64,000 nt of DNA, taken from assembly GCF_004010195.1 (NCBI RefSeq), contig NW_025215169.1, positions 1 through 64,000 of the forward strand, written 5' to 3'. The position numbers were made by a program, and so were the translations under genes. The DNA is from Chiloscyllium plagiosum. Taxonomy: Eukaryota. The notes under the pieces were generated by a model. The model had not been told where the DNA came from. It saw only the letters and a program-made list of their open reading frames with translations, and ran no database searches. Position 1 is the stretch's first letter. Each line of letters begins with the position of its first letter. This document shows positions 59,259-64,000 of the stretch, in pieces.

Positions 59259-62200
59259 TCACTGTGACCCTCTGTGACACTCTCTGAAAGACTGTGACAC
59301 ACTGAGACACTCTCAAAGACAGACGGACACTTTCTGACTCTCTCTGACACTTTCCGAGGCACACGGCGACACTCTCTGACAGACTGTGACACACTGAGAC
59401 ACTCTCAAAGAAAGACTGTGACACTTTCTAATTCCCTCTGACTCACTCTGTAATATACTGTAGACCTGTCTGACAGACTGTGACACATTGTGACACTCTC
59501 TGAGACAGACTGTGACACCTTCTGGCTCTGTCTGACTCTCTGAGACACACTGTGACACTCTTTGACAGACTGTGACACTCTCTGAGAAACACTGTGACAA
59601 TTTCTGATTCACTCTAACACTGTGAGCCACTGTGAGCCTCTTAGAAGCACTGTGACCCTCTGTGACACTCTCTGAAAGACCATGACACACTGAGACACTC
59701 TCAAAGACAGACTGTGACACTTTCTTACTCTCTCTGGCTCACTCTGAAATATACTGCAACCTTCTCTGACAGACTGTGACACACTGAGACACTCTCAAAG
59801 ACAGACTGTGACTCTTTCTCACTCTCTCTGGCTCACTGAAATATACTGTAACCTTTTCTGACAGACTGTGACACACTGTGACACTCTCAGAGACAGACTG
59901 TGACAATTTCTGACTCTCTGTGAAACACACTGTGACACGCTCAGAGAGACTGTGACACACTGTGACACACTATGACACTGTCTGCGACACGCTGGGACCC
60001 TCTCTAATAATTTGAGACGCACTGTGATACTCTATGATCCTTACCGACACTCTCTGAGACACACTGTGACACTCTCTGACAGACTGTGCTACACTGTGAC
60101 ACTGTCTGAGACTCTCAGAGATTCACTGGGACCCTCTCGGACAATTTGAGACGCACTGTGACACTCTCTGACAGACTGTGACACATTGTGACACTCTCTG
60201 AGCCTCTCTGAGGCACACTGGGACCCTCTCTGACAATTTGACATGCACTGGGACACTCTGTGACAGACTGTGACACACTGTGACACTATCCGCGACAAAC
60301 CAGGATCCTCTCTGATAATTTGAGACGCACTGTGACACTCTCTGATCCTATCCCACACTCTCGGAGACACTCTGTGACACTCTCTGACAGACTGTGCTTC
60401 AATGTGACACTGTCTGAGACTCTCAGAGATACACTGGGATCCTCTCTGACAATTTGAGACGCACTGTGACACTTTCTGACATACTGTGACACACTGTGAC
60501 ACTCTCTGACAGACTGTGACGCACTGTGACACTCTCTGACACTATCTGCGACAAACTGGGGCCCTCTCTCACAATTTGAGACACACTGTAACACGCACTG
60601 ATCCTATCCAACACTCTCTGAGACACACTGTGACATCTCTGAAACTCTCTGAAAAGCACTGTGACACTCTGACAGACTGAGACAAATGTGATACTCTCTG
60701 ACAGATAGTGACACTTTCAGATTTTCTCTGAGTCTCTGGCACACATTGTGATACTGTCTGTCACTCTCTGAGACACAATGCGACACTCTCTGACAGACTG
60801 TGAAACACTGAGACACTCTCTGAGACGCGCTGTGACACTCTCTGATCTTATCTGACACTCTCGGAGACACACTGGGATACAGTCTGACGCTCTATGACAC
60901 TCTCTGAGGCAAAGTATGACATACTGTGACACTCTCTAACTCACTCTGACATCTCTGAGACACACTGTGACACACTCTCACAGACTATGACTTTCTCTGA
61001 GCCAAATGTTGACACTCTCTGACACTCTCTGAGACACAATATGACACACTGTGACACTCTCTGACCCTTTCGGAGACACACCGTAACTCACTCTCATAGA
61101 CTGTGACCGTCTCTGAGCTAAATGCTGACACTCTCTGAGACACAGTATGACACACTGTGACACTTTCTGACTCTCTCTGAGACACTCTGCAATTCACTGT
61201 AAGATTCTCTGACAGATTATGTCACACTGTGACACTCTCTGAGAAAAACTGTGACACTTTCTGAATCTCTCTGACTCTCTGAGACACACTGTGAAACTCT
61301 CTTAGACTCACTGTGACCCTCTGTGACACTCTCTGAAAGACTGTGACACACTGAGACACTCTCAAAGACAGACTGACACTTTCTGACTCTCTCTGACACT
61401 CTCCAAGGCACACGGTGCCACTCTCTGACAGACTGTGACACACTGAGACACTCTCAAAGAAAGACTGTGACACTTTCTGATTCCCTCTGACTCACTCTGT
61501 AATATACTGTAGACCTGTCTGACAGACTGTGACACATTGAGACACTCTCTGTGACAGACTGTGACACCTTCTGGCTCTGTCTGACTCTCTGAGACACACT
61601 GTGACACTCTTTGACAGACTGTGACACTCTCTGACTCTCTCTGAGGCACACTATGACACTCTCTGACAGACTGTGACACACTGAAACACACTCTGACTCA
61701 CTCTGGCACTCTCTTAGACACACTGTGACACTCTCTGACTCACGCTAACACTTTGAGACGCACTATGACACTCTCTGATCGTATCTGACACTCTCTGAGA
61801 CACACTGTGACACACTCTGAGAAACTGTGACACACTGTGACACTCTCTAAGACTCACTGAGGCACAGTGGGACCCTATCTGAGATTTTGAGATGCACTGT
61901 GACACTTTCTGATCCTACCCGACACACTCTGAGACACACTGTGATGCTCTCTGACACTCTCTGAAAAGCACTGTGACACTCTCGGACAGACTGTCACGCA
62001 CTGTGACACTCTCTGACTCTCTCTGAAACACACTGTCACACTCTCTTACAGACTGTGACACACTGTGACACTCTCTGAGACACAATGTGACACTCTCTGA
62101 TCCTATCTGACACTCTCTGAGACACACTGCCACAGTCTCTGTTCATATGTGACACTCTCTGAGACACACTGCCACAGTCTCTGTTCATATCTGACACTCT

Positions 62201-64000
62201 CTGAGACACACTGTGACACTCTCTGACTCTCTCTGAAACACTCTGTGACACGCTCTGACAGACTGTGACACACTGTGACACACTGTGACACATTCTGACA
62301 CTCGCTGAGACACACTGGGTCCCTCTCTGACTCCCTCTGACAATTTGAGACGCACTGTGACACTCTCTGATACCATCTAACACTCTCTGAGCCACACTGT
62401 GATTCTCTCTTATCCTATCTGGGATACTCTGTGACACTCTCTGATAGACTGTGACACACTGTGACACTCTCAAAGACAGACTGTGACACTTTCTGACTCC
62501 CTCTTACTCCCTCTGAAATATACTGAAACTTTCTCTGACAGGCTGTGACCCACTATGACACTCCATGAGACAGACTGTGACACACTCTGAGACACAGTGA
62601 TACAGTCTGACTCTCTCTGACATTCTCTGAGGCACAGCATGACACACTATGACACTCTCTGACTCTCTCTGAAACACTCTGTGACACGCTCTGACAGACT
62701 GTGACACACTGTGACACATTCTGACACTCGCTGAGACACACTGGGTCCCTCTCTGACTCCCTCTGACAATTTGAGACGCACTGTGACACTCTCTGATACC
62801 ATCTAACACTCTCTGAGCCACACTGTGATTCTCTCTTATCCTATCTGGGATACTCTGTGACACTCTCTGATAGACTGTGACAAATATACTGTGACCTTCT
62901 CTGACAGACTGCGACACACTGTTACACTCACTGAGACAGACTGTGACACGTTCTTACTCTCTCTGAGGCACAATGTGACACTTTCTGACGCCCTCTGACT
63001 CTCTGAGACACACTGTGACACCCTCTGACACCCTCTGAGACACACTGTGACAGACTGTGACAGACCGTAACAGACTGTGACACTTTCTGACTCTCTCTGA
63101 AATATACTGTGACCTTCTCTGACAGACTGCGACACACTGTTACACTCACTGAGACAGACTGTGACACGTTCTTACTCTCTCTGAGGCACAATGTGACACT
63201 TTCTGTCCTACCTGATCTCTCTGAGACACACTGTGACACTCTCTGACACTCTCTGACAGACTGTGACACACTGAGGCACTTTCAAAGACAGACTGTGACA
63301 CTTTCTGACTCTCTCTGAAATATACTGTGACCTTCTCTGACAGACTGCGACACACTGTTACACTCACTGAGACAGACTGTGACACGTTCCAACTCTCTCT
63401 GAGGCACAATGTGACACTTTCTGACGCCCTCCGACTCTCTGAGACACACTGTGACACCCTCTGACACCCTCTGAGACACACTGACACACTGAGGCACTTT
63501 CAAAGACAGACTGTGACACTTTCTGACTCTCTCTGAAATATACTGTGACCTTCTCTGACAGACTGCGACACACTGTTACACTCACTGAGACAGACTGTGA
63601 CACGTTCCAACTCTCTCTGAGGCACAATGTGACACTTTCTGACGCCCTCTGACTCTCTGTGACACCCTCTGACACCCTCTGAGACACACTGTGACAGACT
63701 GTGACAGACCGTGACAGATTGTGACACTTTCTGACTCTGAGACACATGCTGATTCTCTCTGACACTCTCTGAGACAGAATGTGACACTCTCTGACACTCT
63801 CTGAGGCACAGCACGACACAGTGTGACACTTTCTGACAGGTTGTGACAAACTGTGACATTCTCTGACTTTCTCGGACACTCTCTTAGACTCACTGTGACA
63901 CTTTATGACTCTCTCTGTCACGCTCTGAGACAAGCTGTTACGCTCTGAGACTGTGACAATTTCTGTGACACACTATGACACTCTCTGAACGACTGTGCCA
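59259..64000. repeat. Diverged satellite built from 10-bp units (gacacactgt / gacactctct / gacagactgt) with larger internal duplications
   Basis: Read directly. Blocks recur, for example 59259-59580 with 61308-61630 and 62200-62460 with 62650-62880. Confidence 0.95.

Noticed and set aside
59313..63933. SQ/CH/RE-rich ORFs
   Set aside because: They are low-complexity translations of the satellite.
59259..64000. Numerous CACTGTG (RAG RSS heptamer) motifs
   Set aside because: The heptamer is part of the 10-bp unit. I saw no nonamer at 12/23 spacing and no V, D or J segments.

Overview
Eukaryotic, repeat-dominated draft scaffold with three N gaps. It is probably from a shark or other cartilaginous fish, inferred from HE1-like tRNA SINEs, HER1/CR1-like LINEs and a Penelope-type repeat. 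About 50 kb is satellite DNA. A 140-bp higher-order repeat (4 x 35 bp) runs for about 197 apparently identical copies (7641-35220). It grades into a diverged 35-bp array (to ~51910) that contains a ~780-bp inversion. A ~30-bp minisatellite and a 10/20-bp GACAC satellite occupy the right end. Two protein-coding genes are recognisable, both on the minus strand and both incomplete here: the first coding exon of a TIPARP/PARP7-like CCCH-zinc-finger gene (3819-4504) and two coding exons of TFPT/INO80F (55290-55577, 54747-54817). A CCAAT-dense CpG island upstream of TFPT looks like a bidirectional promoter. I found no clear new biological system. The best leads are the TIPARP paralogue in TFPT synteny, a duplicated TFPT donor that could form an in-frame micro-exon, hammerhead-ribozyme cores in Penelope-like fragments, and the perfectly homogeneous array, which may be an assembly artefact.
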